From: Octopus vulgaris
Taxonomy: Eukaryota
Assembly: GCA_951406725.2 (NCBI GenBank)
Contig: OX597824.1
Span: 46,252,001-46,316,000 of the forward strand
Length of the DNA stretch: 64,000 nt
Direction: 5' to 3'
Below are positions 26,044 to 38,699 of this stretch, one piece after another (within the stretch, counting starts at the first letter, position 1; the number at the start of each line of letters is the position of its first letter). The notes below the pieces were generated by a model. It saw only the letters and a list, made by a program, of their open reading frames with translations, did no database searches and was not told where the DNA came from. The position numbers were made by a program, and so were the translations under genes.

Positions 26044-26453
26044 AGGCGCAGGAGTGGCTGTGCGGTCAGTAGCTTGCTTACCAACCACATGGTTCTGGGT
26101 TCAATCCCACTGCGTGACAGCTTGGCAAGTGTCTTCTGCTATAGCCTCGGGCCGACCAATGCCTTGTGAGTGGATTTGGTAGACGGAAACTGAAAGAAGC
26201 CTGTCGGATATATGTATATATATATGTATGTGTATGTTTGTGTGTCTGTGTTTGTCCCCCTAGCATTGCTTGACATCCGATGCTGGTGTGTTTATGTCCC
26301 CGTCACTTAGCGGTTCGGCAAAAGAGACCGATAGAATAAGTACTGGGCTTATAAAGAATAAGTCCCGGGGTCGAGTTGCTTGATTAGAGGTGGCGCTCCA
26401 GCATGGCCGCAGTCAAATGACTGAAACAAGTAAAAGAGAAAAGAGAGAAAGAG
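26044..26453 (+). mobile_element. Full-length tRNA-derived SINE (family A)
   Basis: A box tggctgtgcggt, B box gggttcaatccc, internal (TA/TG)n, tail actgaaacaagtaaaagag. Many partial copies (10288, 33730, 36038, 39525, 40510, 46380, 52349). Confidence 0.88.
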
Positions 26454-26567
26454 ATATCTAAATTATCATTAACAAATAAAAAAGTAGAAATCCATATTTT
26501 TCAATCAATAATCATATAGATTACATTATTATTTCTTAGATTATATATATATATATATATATATATA

Positions 26568-26710
26568 ATCTGGTGAAGGCTGGTTTATGGGGTTACTCTG
26601 GGTTTCCCGTCCACAAAGGGTTCAACTCTATGGCGCATTGTCAGACCCCAATGCCTGATGGCTTAAGACAGAAAACCCAGGGTAACCCCATAAACTGGCC
26701 TTCACCAGAT
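26568..26710. mobile_element. 143-bp hairpin MITE next to a (TA)n tract
   Basis: atctggtgaaggctggtttatggggttactctgggttt / aaacccagggtaaccccataaactggccttcaccagat ~38-bp TIRs; diverged inverted half-copy at 25491-25565. Confidence 0.8.
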
Positions 26711-26794
26711 AAAAATATAGACTGCTCTTTCTTAGAGTGTGTTTCTTCACTGAATTTATGTTTTTTTTAATATATACATATACATATCTATCTA

Positions 26795-26844
<50 letters not shown>

Positions 26845-28197
26845 TGCATGCATGTATATGTATGTATGTATGTAAGTATGTATGTATATCAGTGGCAACT
26901 CCGGCACTCAGGCTGTTCAGGTTTAGCCCAAGTATAAATTTAGTAAAGTGAGCTTGTATTTGCAAGCTGATTTAATTTCTACCAACACTGACTTCAACTA
27001 TGTATTTGCAACCAATAACTCAGGCTCCTTTTATTGAGCCTGGTTGCAGTTCAGCATCTGGCAGTTGTCTTAGAGGTGCCTGACGCGCCTGATATGGGCT
27101 CAAAGGTTACAGCCCGAGTTGTTATCTATGATCATAAAAGTAATTCAAATTCAATGTTTTCTTGAAATAAATTTCTGTAGAGATTAGGATCTAAATTCCA
27201 ATCTATGAAAAGTTTCCATTCTACTTTTTTTTTAAAGGAATGAAAAATTACCCAGCACCTTGTGCTAATACAAACGAGCCTGGTAGGTATAAAAGACTAA
27301 CTGGCATCTCTTGTCAAGAGTACAGGTGACAGTCAGATCACTGATGTTTGTTGTGCACTCTGCTGTCGTTATTTAATTGCCATCATTTTGTGCATCTGTG
27401 TGCAAAGATCACTTGTGTTTAGCATGGTTGTTTTATTTTTACCCTTAACTTAGAAACGAGAAAGATATAGTGCTAGATATAAAAATAATATAGCATTTGG
27501 GGCTAGAAATAAAGCGGAAAAACATGGTCACTGTTGTCCAAGGCGCAGAACTTGGTGAAGACCTGGCTGGATGCCGTCTCGAAGGAGGTCTTTACTGAAC
27601 TTGCCTTTTTGGGTGAGTAGGTGTTGATCAACCCGTTCACCAAATATAACACTGCCATCCCATCCAGTGCCGTAGTTGAGCACCTATTCTCTATAGGCAA
27701 AGATATTTTGAGGGCCAAGAGAACCACCCTGTCAGTTGGTAACTTTGAGAGGCTGATGTTTATGAAGGACAGCCAGTACAACGTGGAGGCGATGGAAAAG
27801 GCCCAGTCAGAGTAATACACTTTGATCATCATCTGATCTTGGCATGATACGTAAGTTATACTCTAATTTTTTGATTCGTTTAACACTTTTGGTACAGCAA
27901 TTAAAGTGTTGACTGAAAAACTAATGTTTAATTCCATTTGTTCAGGGTTTTAGAGCCTTGAAAAAAAAAAACTGAAGCATAATTCATACGATAAAGTTAG
28001 CGGTTATCAGTTCGTATTAGCATATTTTGCGAATGAAAAAATAAGTAAGTAACGTAGATAGAAATATTTTCATCAACTAAAATCATTCAAGCATTTAGTA
28101 GTCAAAAACTCTCTCAGGGAGTGCTTGAAATCTAAAAGGAAGGTGAACTTTTTCTTTTCTTTTATCTCCACCTACTCGTATTTCTCAGCCGTTTCTA

Positions 28198-28547
28198 TGA
28201 CGCATCCATTGGTTATTTATCTCTCCTATACAAATGCATTTAGCAGATCACGCCACACTATGTTCTTTTATTCCCTCCCCTGATCATTATTGGTGTTAGT
28301 ATTTTGCTCCTTTCCTCCAACCATTACTATTATCATACTTTTTACTTTGCTTTTCTCATTTCTTTTCCCTCACACTGTCAAGCTTACGTTTTCTTTTTCT
28401 TACTCGCTACATCTCTTCTCACTTCGCTGCTTATAATAACACTATAAATAAACCGATTCTGACTCAATAACAACTGTGTTGTTCATATCTGCTTTCATTC
28501 CTCAATGGTTTATTTTTCCGCTCCCTTTCATACAGTCTTTATATTGG
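28198..28547 (+). promoter_or_regulatory. Putative NPC2 promoter: SRE-like ATCACGCCAC, three inverted CCAAT boxes, CRE-like site, TATA-like element
   Basis: TGACGCA 28198-28204; ATTGG 28208, 28289, 28543; ATCACGCCAC 28247-28256; TATAAAT 28443-28449; all within 440 bp upstream of the ATG. Confidence 0.45.
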
Positions 28548-28631
28548 TTAATCAACACTGCTAACTGAATTTTCAACTCGGAACACGCACTCTTAATCTT
28601 CGGTATTAAGTTGACGAACAGTTCCTAAATT

Positions 28632-28725
28632 ATGACGATGGCATCGGGTCGCATGTTTTGGAGTTTGTTACTTGTTATGTCAACTTTAGCCTTCGCCAAA
28701 GGTTCTTTAGTCTTCGAAGATTGTG
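28632..28725 (+). CDS. NPC2: NPC2/ML-domain protein, coding exon 1 (signal peptide)
   Basis: MTMASGRMFWSLLLVMSTLAFAKGSLVFEDC+G; hydrophobic leader, FxDCG motif, phase-1 donor G|gtaat. Confidence 0.88.
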
Positions 28726-29959
28726 GTAATATATTATTTACATATTTATAAATTCTTGATTTGCTCCATGTAATTACTATTTCGCTTCCAGGTTATAAAT
28801 ATTTCAATTTTGAATTGCGTGAGCGTAACACTAACATATTTCTTTTTATAATCCTAAACGTAATGCTGAATGCCCTATCATCACTTTCAATTAAAAGTCG
28901 CTACGAGGCGAAACCTTGCTATAGAAATATTGGGGGGAAAAAAAATTCATGTTCAGTAAAGTTCGTATATTGGTTGCTTTTTCACTCTGGTTGTTTAGCT
29001 CAGGTTGGCTCTGAACTTGCAAACTTCTGATCAAAAGCATCCTGATCAATGACTATCCTGTATTTTTCTTTATCTTAGGATCACATTCAAGTGCTATTCT
29101 TGCAAGACAATACTGTGTAATTTGTAGGAGATTTGACTACTATTTCTAGCAGTTGGAGCAACCGCGTAAAAGTTCCCTTTGATCTATTTCCCCATACACT
29201 TCTAAAATATAGTTTAATACCTCATTGTTATTGTCTTTATGATGGTTGTTTGGTATAAAAACAGTCAGAACTGAAAGCCACTAAAGAATAGGTACTCTTC
29301 ACGCGAACAAACGTATATTTGCTGACAGTAAAGACGGCGCATTGGCAGAATCGTTAGTGAGCCGAACAAAATGTTTGGCGACATTTCACTCGTCTTTACA
29401 GTTTGAGTTCAAATTCTGCCGAGGTCGACTTTGCCTTTCATCCTTTCGGGTCAGTCAATAGGTACCAGTTGACCACTGGGTCAATGTAATCGACTAGTTC
29501 CCCTCCCTCAAAATTTCGGGCTTTGTGCCTGTAGTAGAAAAAGTTATTTGGTGACAGTAACAAGATAAAAAATAACGTTGGATGGGTGGAGGGGGAAATT
29601 AAAAAAAAAAATCCATGTAACAAACGAAAACCTGAGAATTCAAATTATAAGTGCATAATTGTACTTAATTTTCAAATTATGGAAGATAGCTAATGCTTAT
29701 ATAGTAGTTTGAATTTACAGTAAACAAAAAACGAAGACAAGTGAGGGAACAATGAACAAGCGTATTTGACGCTCTGGAAGAACGAGAGAGTCTTTGACAT
29801 TTCGAGCCTATATAAAATATCTTGATTCTATCAAATCCTGAAAATTTTAGGTTAATGTTGACATTATTACTCGGAAACGAGATCGAAAATGAAAAAAAAA
29901 ACAGTGCAACGGGTGTAAAAAAAGGTGGAGGAAACGAATATGAAAACAAAAAGCAACGG

Positions 29960-30345
29960 GGGTTGGGGAGAGGACTTCGGAGAATTCACAAGATCTGATG
30001 TTTTTCCTTCATAACTTTTAGGAAAATTTTTTTTTTTTAATGAAATTTTATATAAATACCTTTCAAACGGTATAGATTACGATTATAAAGGAATTTGTGA
30101 GGAAAACCTTTTCTGAGGGGATGGGGAGAGGACTTCGGAAAATTCACAAGATCCGATGTTTTTTCCTCGTAACTTTGAGGAAAATGGGTATCTTTCTATT
30201 TCACATTCATGTAGGAAACGAATTAGAAAACAAAAGGTTAATATCTAGATCCGCACCCGGTGGGAAAGCAACAGTGTAGGTGGGTGGGACTTAAGAAAAT
30301 TCATAAGATCAGTGTTTTCCCCACTTAACTTTGAGGAAAATATAA
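29960..30345. repeat. Three diverged direct repeats of a ~60-bp motif at ~160-bp spacing
   Basis: gggagaggacttcggaraattcacaagatc.gatgttttt...aacttt.aggaaaa at ~29965, ~30124 and ~30285. Confidence 0.75.
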
Positions 30346-30351
30346 TCTTTT

Positions 30352-30424
30352 TGAAATCACAAATTAGGATTTTCCTCGGGAACTTGGATGCTAAACATCC
30401 CTTTGAAGCGTTCAGGTCCTTCTA

Positions 30425-30461
<37 letters not shown>

Positions 30462-30777
30462 CTTACTTGGAGAATAAGAAAACAACGCGAGGCGTTCAGT
30501 CATATAATAACAATTTAATAAATAAAACATATGCATACATACATACATATATGTACATACCTACATCTATATGTATATATATATGCATATATATATAGGA
30601 GTACAGGACACCACAAATAAAAGTAGAACACAACGAGAAACGAAAACATAGAATTAAACAAGGAAATGGACTGTATGTATGTATGCATATGTTTTATTTA
30701 TCAAGGAAGACCCGAACCCTTCAAAGGGATGTTCAGCGTCCAATTTCCTGAGGAAAATCTTAGTTTGTGATTTCAAA
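30352..30777. repeat. Nested inverted repeats (foldback) in NPC2 intron 1
   Basis: Outer arms 30352-30422 / 30705-30777; inner arms ~30518-30545 / 30673-30701. Confidence 0.8.
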
Positions 30778-30799
30778 TGATCTCTGTGCTGCAAATGAT

Positions 30800-32130
30800 C
30801 TCTGTGCTGCAAATGATCTCATAGTCTGCAACCCTAACTTCAGGAAACCAGCCAGCCAGCCACCTGATTACCTATTAGTTTGGTGGGCACACAAGCCAAG
30901 TTGATTATATCCTCACCAGGCAATGAGATAGACAGATGCTTGCAAAGGTAACACCTTTCCCAGGTGAAGAATGTACAATCCAACAGAGGTGATTAGTCAG
31001 TGACTTCAGAATTAGAGCTAGAAGGGTTTGGAGAAACTAGCCAATCTGGAAAAGAAGGCTATAGAAGCTCAAAGATCCAGTAAACTGGCAAAAATTTAGG
31101 GTCATACTAATAGAAGCTTGTGAAGATGAGAAAGAGGAGTTAGACATATAACTTAGAAGACAATTGAAAGTTCCTGTAGGACAATCTACTGAGGACTACA
31201 GACCAAATATGTAACTACTGTAAAATTCCAGTCAGGATGAGGGTGATATAGTGGTAGACAGTGATATAAAAACAGACAGGCCTGGAAAACAGGTGGTAGC
31301 TGAGAATTATATCAAGTAGCCAGAAGGGAGGCTAGACAACAGGTTTACATAGCAAAAGGAATAGCTGTAAGAGATTTGCCAATGTTCTACAGCATGAGGT
31401 TTTCAGGATTGCAAAGCAGTGTATTAAAGAAAATAAAGATGTTGTGGGTAAGAAATGTGTGTGAATGGATCAAGGTATGCTTGCACATAGTGATTCAGAG
31501 AAGATAAATGGAAATGCCATTATGAAAGGTTACTAAATGTGGAGTATGCATAGAAGAGTCTTCCAAATATAGAGCCAGGAGGCTCCTTTAAGTTTATAGA
31601 TAGTTTCTGTTACCTAGATGACCAAATTAACAAGTATTGGAGGTTGTTCTGAAAGAATAGGATGAAGGAAGTTCAAAGAGCTATCACCTCTGTTGGCAAC
31701 AAAAGCTTTTCTTTTAGAGTGAAAAGCAGTTTGTATGATGCTTGTGTATAAACAGCTATGTTCCTCTGTAGTGAGATGTGAATCCTGAATGCAGACAACA
31801 TACATAGACTGGAGAGGAATGAAGCAAGTATACTTTGTTGGATGAGCAACATCAGTATGTATGCATGACAAGGTGCAAATGTGCTGAAAAGTTGGGCATT
31901 AGAGGAATCAGGTGTAGCATGCAAGAGAGACGGCTACCATGGTTTGGTAATGTGATACATATGAATGACGGTAGATCACTTATAGTGGATAATACCTGTG
32001 GAAGATGAGGACCCAAGAAGACAAGATGAAGTAGTGAGGGCTGATGTAAAGATGTTTGGCCTCACAGAGGAGATGATAGTGGACTGAGATGTCCGGTGAT
32101 ATGAGGTTCTTGAGAAGACTTACCCACCTC
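30800..32130 (+). mobile_element. Old, internally deleted RTE LINE in NPC2 intron 1
   Basis: APE C-terminal remnants (SQVDYILTR; EECTIQ...LVSDF) and similarity to 830-1330, then a jump to the post-PHD region (atagtttctgttacctag) and 3' end; many stops. Confidence 0.75.
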
Positions 32131-33396
32131 AGTGAAACTAAGTTCTGTGTAAGCACTGTATACTCCACCTACATGTAACATTAATTCACACACCCTACCC
32201 TAATGCCCCAAACTACATCTCTTTTTCATGTACTATGCTTATCTCTCCCTCTCCACTCCTGCAGCCCAACACTGTTCTGTCTTCCATCTGCCAGTTGTAT
32301 CCCCCTTATATACCTGTTCCACCACTCACAACCCATTTTCCTCTCTCCTTCTCACCTTTTGCACTTTCATGAACTCCCTACACATGCACCCTGAGCAATT
32401 CTCAACCATTCCATGTATATTCGCATCCTTTGAAACTTGAGAGTATATCCTGGCACATTGTCACTGTCTCTTGATATCTCTTGCTCTTTCTTATCCTCAC
32501 TCTTTCAATTTCTCTGACAGGGATAACCATGTATCTCCTCTACAGCAAGATGCTTACCTCTGTCCCTCTATCATACACTAACCTCTCATCATCTGGCACA
32601 AAGGCACCTCTCTCAATACCTCTCCACATCTCATTTTAGAGATCTTTGTCTTGCCAGTTACTTGGTGACCTCACCAGTGTTGGTGCCATGTAAAAAGTAT
32701 CCATGGCATCCAGCTATAAAATCCATGCCAAAGCAGACAGTGGAGCTTAACGCAGTCCTCTGGGTTATTAACTTTTGTGAAACTGCCCAACCCATACCAG
32801 TACATTATATGGACGTTAAATGATGATGATGACTTGGGGACCTCATTAGTGCCAGTGGTACAAAAAAAAAAAGCATCCAATATATACTGTAAAGCAGTTG
32901 GCTTTAGGAAGGATATCCAGCTGTAGAAACCATACCAAAGGAGACATGCAGCCCTGCAATTCACTGGATCCTTTTAAACTGTCCTACTCATGCCAGCATG
33001 GAAAACAGACTTTAACTTACATGTGTTTGTGTGTATGAAAGCATTGTGGATTGTTGACTGATAAGAAAAACTGGAAGTGAGATGAGAGACAACAGACTTG
33101 CAACAGAAATGACAATTGAGATACAGAGTGAATATTTGATGCAAACTGAATGGGGAAAATGTCTTAGATTAGTGACAGTTGGTTCATGAAAAATGTGGAA
33201 GTAATTGAATAGAAGAGATCTGAAAACAAAACTTCTCTGATAAAGCAAATCAGAATTATAATGCTTAGTGAGATACTGCGCTGAAAATCTATCCCATTTC
33301 TATGAATACGAGGGAAGTAAGGGGACAGAACTTATTACAGTGTTTATTTAAATGTTGGTGATATTTTTTCCTTTCATCGTTTTCTTTCTCTTCCAG

Positions 33397-33504
33397 GCAG
33401 TAATCAGGCTACCATAGATAGTGTAAGTGTCTCCAACTGTACCAAACTACCATGTCAGATTAAACGTGGAAGTCAAATGCATTTAAATGTATCCTTCACA
33501 CCAA
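33397..33504 (+). CDS. NPC2: NPC2/ML-domain protein, coding exon 2 (108 nt)
   Basis: Polypyrimidine tract + ttccag| acceptor; (G)SNQATIDSVSVSNCTKLPCQIKRGSQMHLNVSFTP; donor A|gtaaag; same length and phase as human NPC2 exon 2. Confidence 0.93.
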
Positions 33505-33899
33505 GTAAAGTATATTTCTACTTCTGCTGTTAAACTATCTTTTTTTGCATTGGTGTTTTTGCTTTTTTGTGTTTTTAAAATTTTCAAATAACTTTAGAAA
33601 TAATAGGTATTTGTTTAAAAATATATTTAATACTTTTTTTCTACTGATTATATTTACATTTCAGTACTCTCACAGGTGAGATATATTTGAAAATTGGGAC
33701 GTTTGCGTATAGATAATTAACAAAAGCTGAGGTGTGGCTGTGTGGTAAGAAGCTTGCTTCCCAACCACATGGTTCTTGGTTCAGTCCCACTGCATGGCAC
33801 CTTGTGCAAGTGTCTTCTACTATAGCCTTGGGCCGACCAAAGCCTTGTGAGTGGATCTGGTTGACAGAAACTGAAAGAAGCCTGTTGCGTGTGTGTGTG

Positions 33900-33951
<52 letters not shown>

Positions 33952-35480
33952 CAGGGGTGCAGCTAGGGTAAATGGTGCCCAGGGCAAGCATCAGAATTGT
34001 GCTCCCCACCCTAACCAAAAAATGGAAACTCACATAGAGAAAATGAATAACTGGTTTTAAAAAAATTGCAATAAAAGATTTAATTAAAAACTGACAAAAG
34101 ATGACAATTTTATCTTAACCCTTTTGTTACCAACCCAGCTGAAACCGGCTCTGGCTCTGATTACAAATGTCTTGTTTCCATAAGTTTTGAATTAAGATCT
34201 TCCACCAAGCCTTAGTCACAATTTATGTTTCTAACACTAGTTTAACGATAACTAAGTTATTTTATTAAATTCTTTGTTATATTTAAAGTAATTGAAAGAA
34301 ACAGAGTGCATCTCAAAATAAATACAGTAACGAAAGGGTTAAGGAAGCAAACTGTTCAATAATTTGTTTAAAATCCATAATCTCAAATTCATCATTTTCC
34401 ACACTGAAAAGAGTGAGATCATTGAGTTGTCGTTGGCTTATAGAGGTTCTTGTGTACGAAAGTATTAATTTCAGCTTACTGAAAGACTTCTCGCAGCTGG
34501 CGATTGAAATAGAAATTGCCAGCATGATTTGTATGCTGACTTGCAAATTTGGAACAACGCATTCATCTCCATATTGAACAATGAATTTAAGGAGGTCTTC
34601 TGGCTTTGTAATCATTTTGGTTGTCTGAGTGACCAGCAATGCTTTTACAGTCCAATATTTCTTCAAAAGGGTGCTCTCCATTAATAGCAGAACTGTATAC
34701 TCCAGCAAGATAGTTGCACTTCTCCTTAAGGGAGACAAACAAAGCATGGTGATTTCATTCCTTTTACTGAAAAATATTTCTACATCATTGGTCAAGTTCA
34801 ATGGTTGTCAGGGTAAGCTTAAATCATTGACCCGAATATTTCTCCAATAATATTTGGGTCAGTGAGGCTATGAAAGCAAATCTGCTTTTACGACCTCTAC
34901 TCTTCAGTTGTTCCCTAATTGAATTCTGTCTCTATGACTGTTTCACCTCATTCATTTCTCACCATGAAACTTCAATTTTCCATTCAATTTCATTTGTTGC
35001 TACTTATCCACATTTCTTGAAAAATGATCACTTATTTTATACAATTGACTACATACTTTGCTTCTACAAACCAGACTTCTCTTATAACTGGGTGCTTATG
35101 GAAGAGTGTTTATAGTTTTCAACAGTCTACTAGTTCTAGCAACACTGGTCCAATAACATTCCTTTTATTATGCAAATCTTTATAGAAAAACGCTTATATT
35201 GTTAGAAAAACGTACCAAAATAACTGCATGGCACACAAAAGCACATAAAAGTGCACATTCATGAATTCGGACAAAGTAAACCAGTCAGTGGGGAATGGGG
35301 GTCAGTGCATGCATTTTGTGAGGTTAAGTAAGAACACCTATTCTGTCTAGTGACATATATGGGGATAAGCAAAACAGACCATGCCTGAAAAAGTTTTAAA
35401 AAATTTTTTTATGGCTTGATTAGAAAATGATCCTGGCCAAAATTGTGCCCACCTCAAAGTGGTCATTCATGACTAAAGGA
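33952..35480 (-). mobile_element. hAT (Tip100/ZMYM1-like) transposon relic in NPC2 intron 2
   Basis: End caggggtgcagctaggg; hATC motif PNLQVSIQIMLAISISIASCEKSFSKLKLILSYTRTSISQRQLNDLTLFSVE in ORF 34313-34801. Confidence 0.8.
34119..34338. mobile_element. piggyBac-type MITE nested in the hAT relic
   Basis: ttaa|cccttttgttac...gtaacgaaaggg|ttaa; same family as 5742-5962. Confidence 0.88.
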
Positions 35481-36321
35481 GGTTTTTACCTCATGTTTGT
35501 GCATAAATATAATTACTGCTATTGATCTCTGTGGAAGGAAATTCAAAGCTGTCTTTTTGAACTCAGTTGTAGAGTTTGTCACATTTAAACTGGTGCACTT
35601 CTGTTATATTTTTGCCTTATCATTACCTTTTAAAATTAGTTATGAATGTAATTAAAACTTGTAATTACAAAATTAATATTTGATATATTAATATCAAAGC
35701 TGCTCATAGCTATATTAATAGTTTATCTATTGCATGTGCTGGTATGGACTTGTCCTCTGCCTCTCACTAGATTATCCTACCAGGATTTTACTCTCATTCA
35801 ATGTAGCAGCTACAGGCTGAAAGAAGCCTTGTGGCAGGTCCTGCACTAGATGGCTGGATGTGATTGGGGAAGATCTCCAGAGGCTTGACACCATCTTGGA
35901 GGATGCAAAGGAGCTGGCACAGGACCGCCAGTGATGGAGAGCACTGGTGGGTCTGGTTGGCTCTATGCATGATGATGCCTCTGAGATAACATCAACCCCA
36001 TCAAGCAAAAATATGAAACAGCAGCCTATTAATATAGGCAGAGGCATGGCTGTTCAGTTAAGTTCACTTTGCAGCCAAGTGGCTTTGGGTTCATTCCCAC
36101 TGTGCAACACCTTGGGCAAGTGTCTCTACTATACCCCTAGACTAACCTATGCCTTGTAAGTGAATTAAGTTGGTGGAAACATGCTGTGTGTGTGTGTGTG
36201 TGTGTGTGTGTGAGTGCATGCGTGCATGCATTTGTATTACCACCACCACCACTCCATAACTGGTGTTGGTTTATTTAGTGATTTAGCGAAAGAGGCCTAT
36301 GAAATAGGTACCAGACTTTAA

Positions 36322-37092
36322 CCCTTTTGGTTCTGATATAAATTTTCTGTTTTAATGTGACGTAACTTGAAAACTTCCATCAAAATTTCATGTTAATTTA
36401 TGTTTCAAGCACCATTTTAGTAATGGCAGTTATTTTGGTAAATTGTTCATTTTTGAAATTAATTAAAACAAAGACATTGCATTTCAAAAGAAATATGTTA
36501 ATTAACCCTGTGTTAGCCACATGGGGTGTTTTGTTAGCCCTGCCTCAATTTTTTTAAGTGCTCATAATTCCTAGTTGGCAGCAGCTTGTTTTTATTTTGC
36601 TCCCTCCCATTACTCTCTTGATTCAGTGAGGGTATGTAGTATATAACGTGGTGTGGTTGTTCAGTTGTTGTAGGAGGCAGACGTTGCTTTGTCTTCAACC
36701 AGTGGTGAATCAAAGTGAACAGTAATGGCTATAAAATGAGTTCACATTGATTTTGCTTTTCATTTCAATTCATGAAAATATGTTGTGGTTGTTTTTGATG
36801 ATTAAAACTTTTCTCTATTATTGTATTGGTGTATTTCACCTACATTTTACAACACACATTTATGCAATAAATCTATTAATATTTTCATTTCAATGAATAA
36901 TTGTATCTTCAGTTCAAGATTTGATTTAATGTATTTTGTAATGGAGATTGCATGCTATGTTATTTTAATCAGCAGTATGACAATATTTCACATAATTGTA
37001 ACACTATGAGCATATTTGTATTGGGGTGTGTAAACACCCCAGGGGACTGTCCACTTTTGGAAAACCGAGGTGACTAATGAAGGGTTACAGGG
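36322..37092. mobile_element. piggyBac-type MITE carrying a nested second TTAA element (36506-37084), both inside a SINE
   Basis: Outer ttaa|cccttttgg...caggg|ttaa; inner ttaa|ccctgtgttagccac...gtgactaatgaaggg|tta; SINE sequence resumes at ~37097. Confidence 0.65.
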
Positions 37093-37904
37093 TTAAAAAT
37101 ACAAGCACTGGAGGTGATTTGTTCAACTAAGTCTTTCAAGACAGTGCCAATATGGTAACAATCCAATGACTGAAACAAAAGATGTAAAACATTTCACAGT
37201 CTGTGACAGCATTGAGGATACTAATGAAACTTGTTAAAAAAACTTTAACACAACCTCTGATGTTACAACCTGAAACCAAGGGGTTTTAATAGCACAATTC
37301 TGGCAAAGGTATGATCATGAATTGATGCAATATTTTGACAATTTGTAAGAAAAATAAGGAAAAAGAATAGAAAATTTGGATTTATTTTTAGTCATCATTA
37401 TCAGAATACTATGATCAGCATCTATAATTGCAACAATGAAACAATATCATTGTCTTTTGTGGCCTCCAATAGTTGTAAGGTCTTGCTCATCATTTGGGTC
37501 ATGCCAACAATAGTTCTTGTGAATGTAGCTTTCATCCATATAAACAATCCTCTAACTTTTCTCTTCATTTACTTTCATCATTCACTTTAAATATTGGTCA
37601 TGCATGAGCAAAATGTGTTTCTTCGGGTGATATTTATTACTTTCTTTCTTTCTTTCTTTTAAAAATCCTTTACAAAGAAAAGTTGCAGTGAGCTCCCTTG
37701 CTTTCTGGGATGTTTAGGGTCTGGGAAATGATTGGTTGGTGGGAAAAATTCAAAAGTACCCTCAGTGCTCTCGTAGACTGTAAAATATATCAGAATAGAA
37801 ATACTATTTTCATATAAATACCTAGTTGACTTACTTGCTTTCAAATTTTTTGTGTAAAGTGATGATTAATTTCATCTGAAATTTCTTTTACTTTTTCATT
37901 TCAG

Positions 37905-38080
37905 AAGTTTCAATAAATTCTGCCAAAGTTAAAGTGTATGGAATTGTACATGGCATTAATATACCATTCCCTGTATCGCCAGAGGATGCTTGTAAAAACA
38001 GTGGCCTTCACTGTCCATTAAGTCCTGGGACAACTGCTAACTACCATTATAGCTTGGATATTTCAAACGACTTTCCAGAA
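37905..38080 (+). CDS. NPC2: NPC2/ML-domain protein, coding exon 3 (176 nt)
   Basis: tttcag| acceptor; (K)VSINSAKVKVYGIVHGINIPFPVSPEDACKNSGLHCPLSPGTTANYHYSLDISNDFPE; donor |gtaagt, phase 0. Confidence 0.95.
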
Positions 38081-38699
38081 GTAAGTATTTTGTGAATTAT
38101 TTGAAACTCTTTTATATTCATGTCATGTCATAACAATCACCTGATTCAAAGAATTCTGTTAGATCGTTTTCACAATCTTTTACATCATCATCATTTAGTG
38201 TCTAGCTTCCATACTGGAGTACTGTGCCATGCGCCAATGTCTGCTTGAGCATAGTTTTTATGGCAGGATACCCTTTCTAATGCCTATCACTTTACAGCAT
38301 GCATCTGATACTTTTCTTGTGGTACCAGTCATCATCACAAAAAATGTTATTTTCAGCTGAGTAGACTGGAGCAGCATGAAATGATGTTCCTAGTTTAAAG
38401 ACACTACCTAGTCCAGGAACTGAACCAACAACATTATGATCATGAGCCCAACACACTAACTACTAGGTTAGAATAAAAGTAATTTTAATTAATTTCATCA
38501 TTTTAATTTTCTTATTAATGTCTTAGTATTGATCAATCCCTATTCAGCCTTGATTCAGCAGAACTATGATCAGAGTCACTCCAAACATAACCATTCTAGA
38601 ATGCTGGAAGGAATGTTAAACTTGCATCTGTTATTTTCAGTGAATGGAAATTAACACATCAGGAGAGACATGTATTAATTTCAAAGAAGTACAAAACTC

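Larger units (their letters stand above)
23818..28005 (+). mobile_element. hAT transposon relic, internally deleted and interrupted by later insertions
   Basis: Left end tagtggtggg followed by gctaa/ttagc subterminal repeats; BED-finger-like LWPHLEGYF...FWCIMC...NLKSHVKRK (24330-24490); hATC dimerisation motif KYNTAIPSSAVVEHLFSIGKDILRAKRTTLSVGNFERLMFMK (27621-27815). Right TIR not found. Confidence 0.8.

Noticed and set aside
26044-26120. tRNA gene
   Set aside because: A/B boxes present but no complete cloverleaf; it continues into a multi-copy SINE body.
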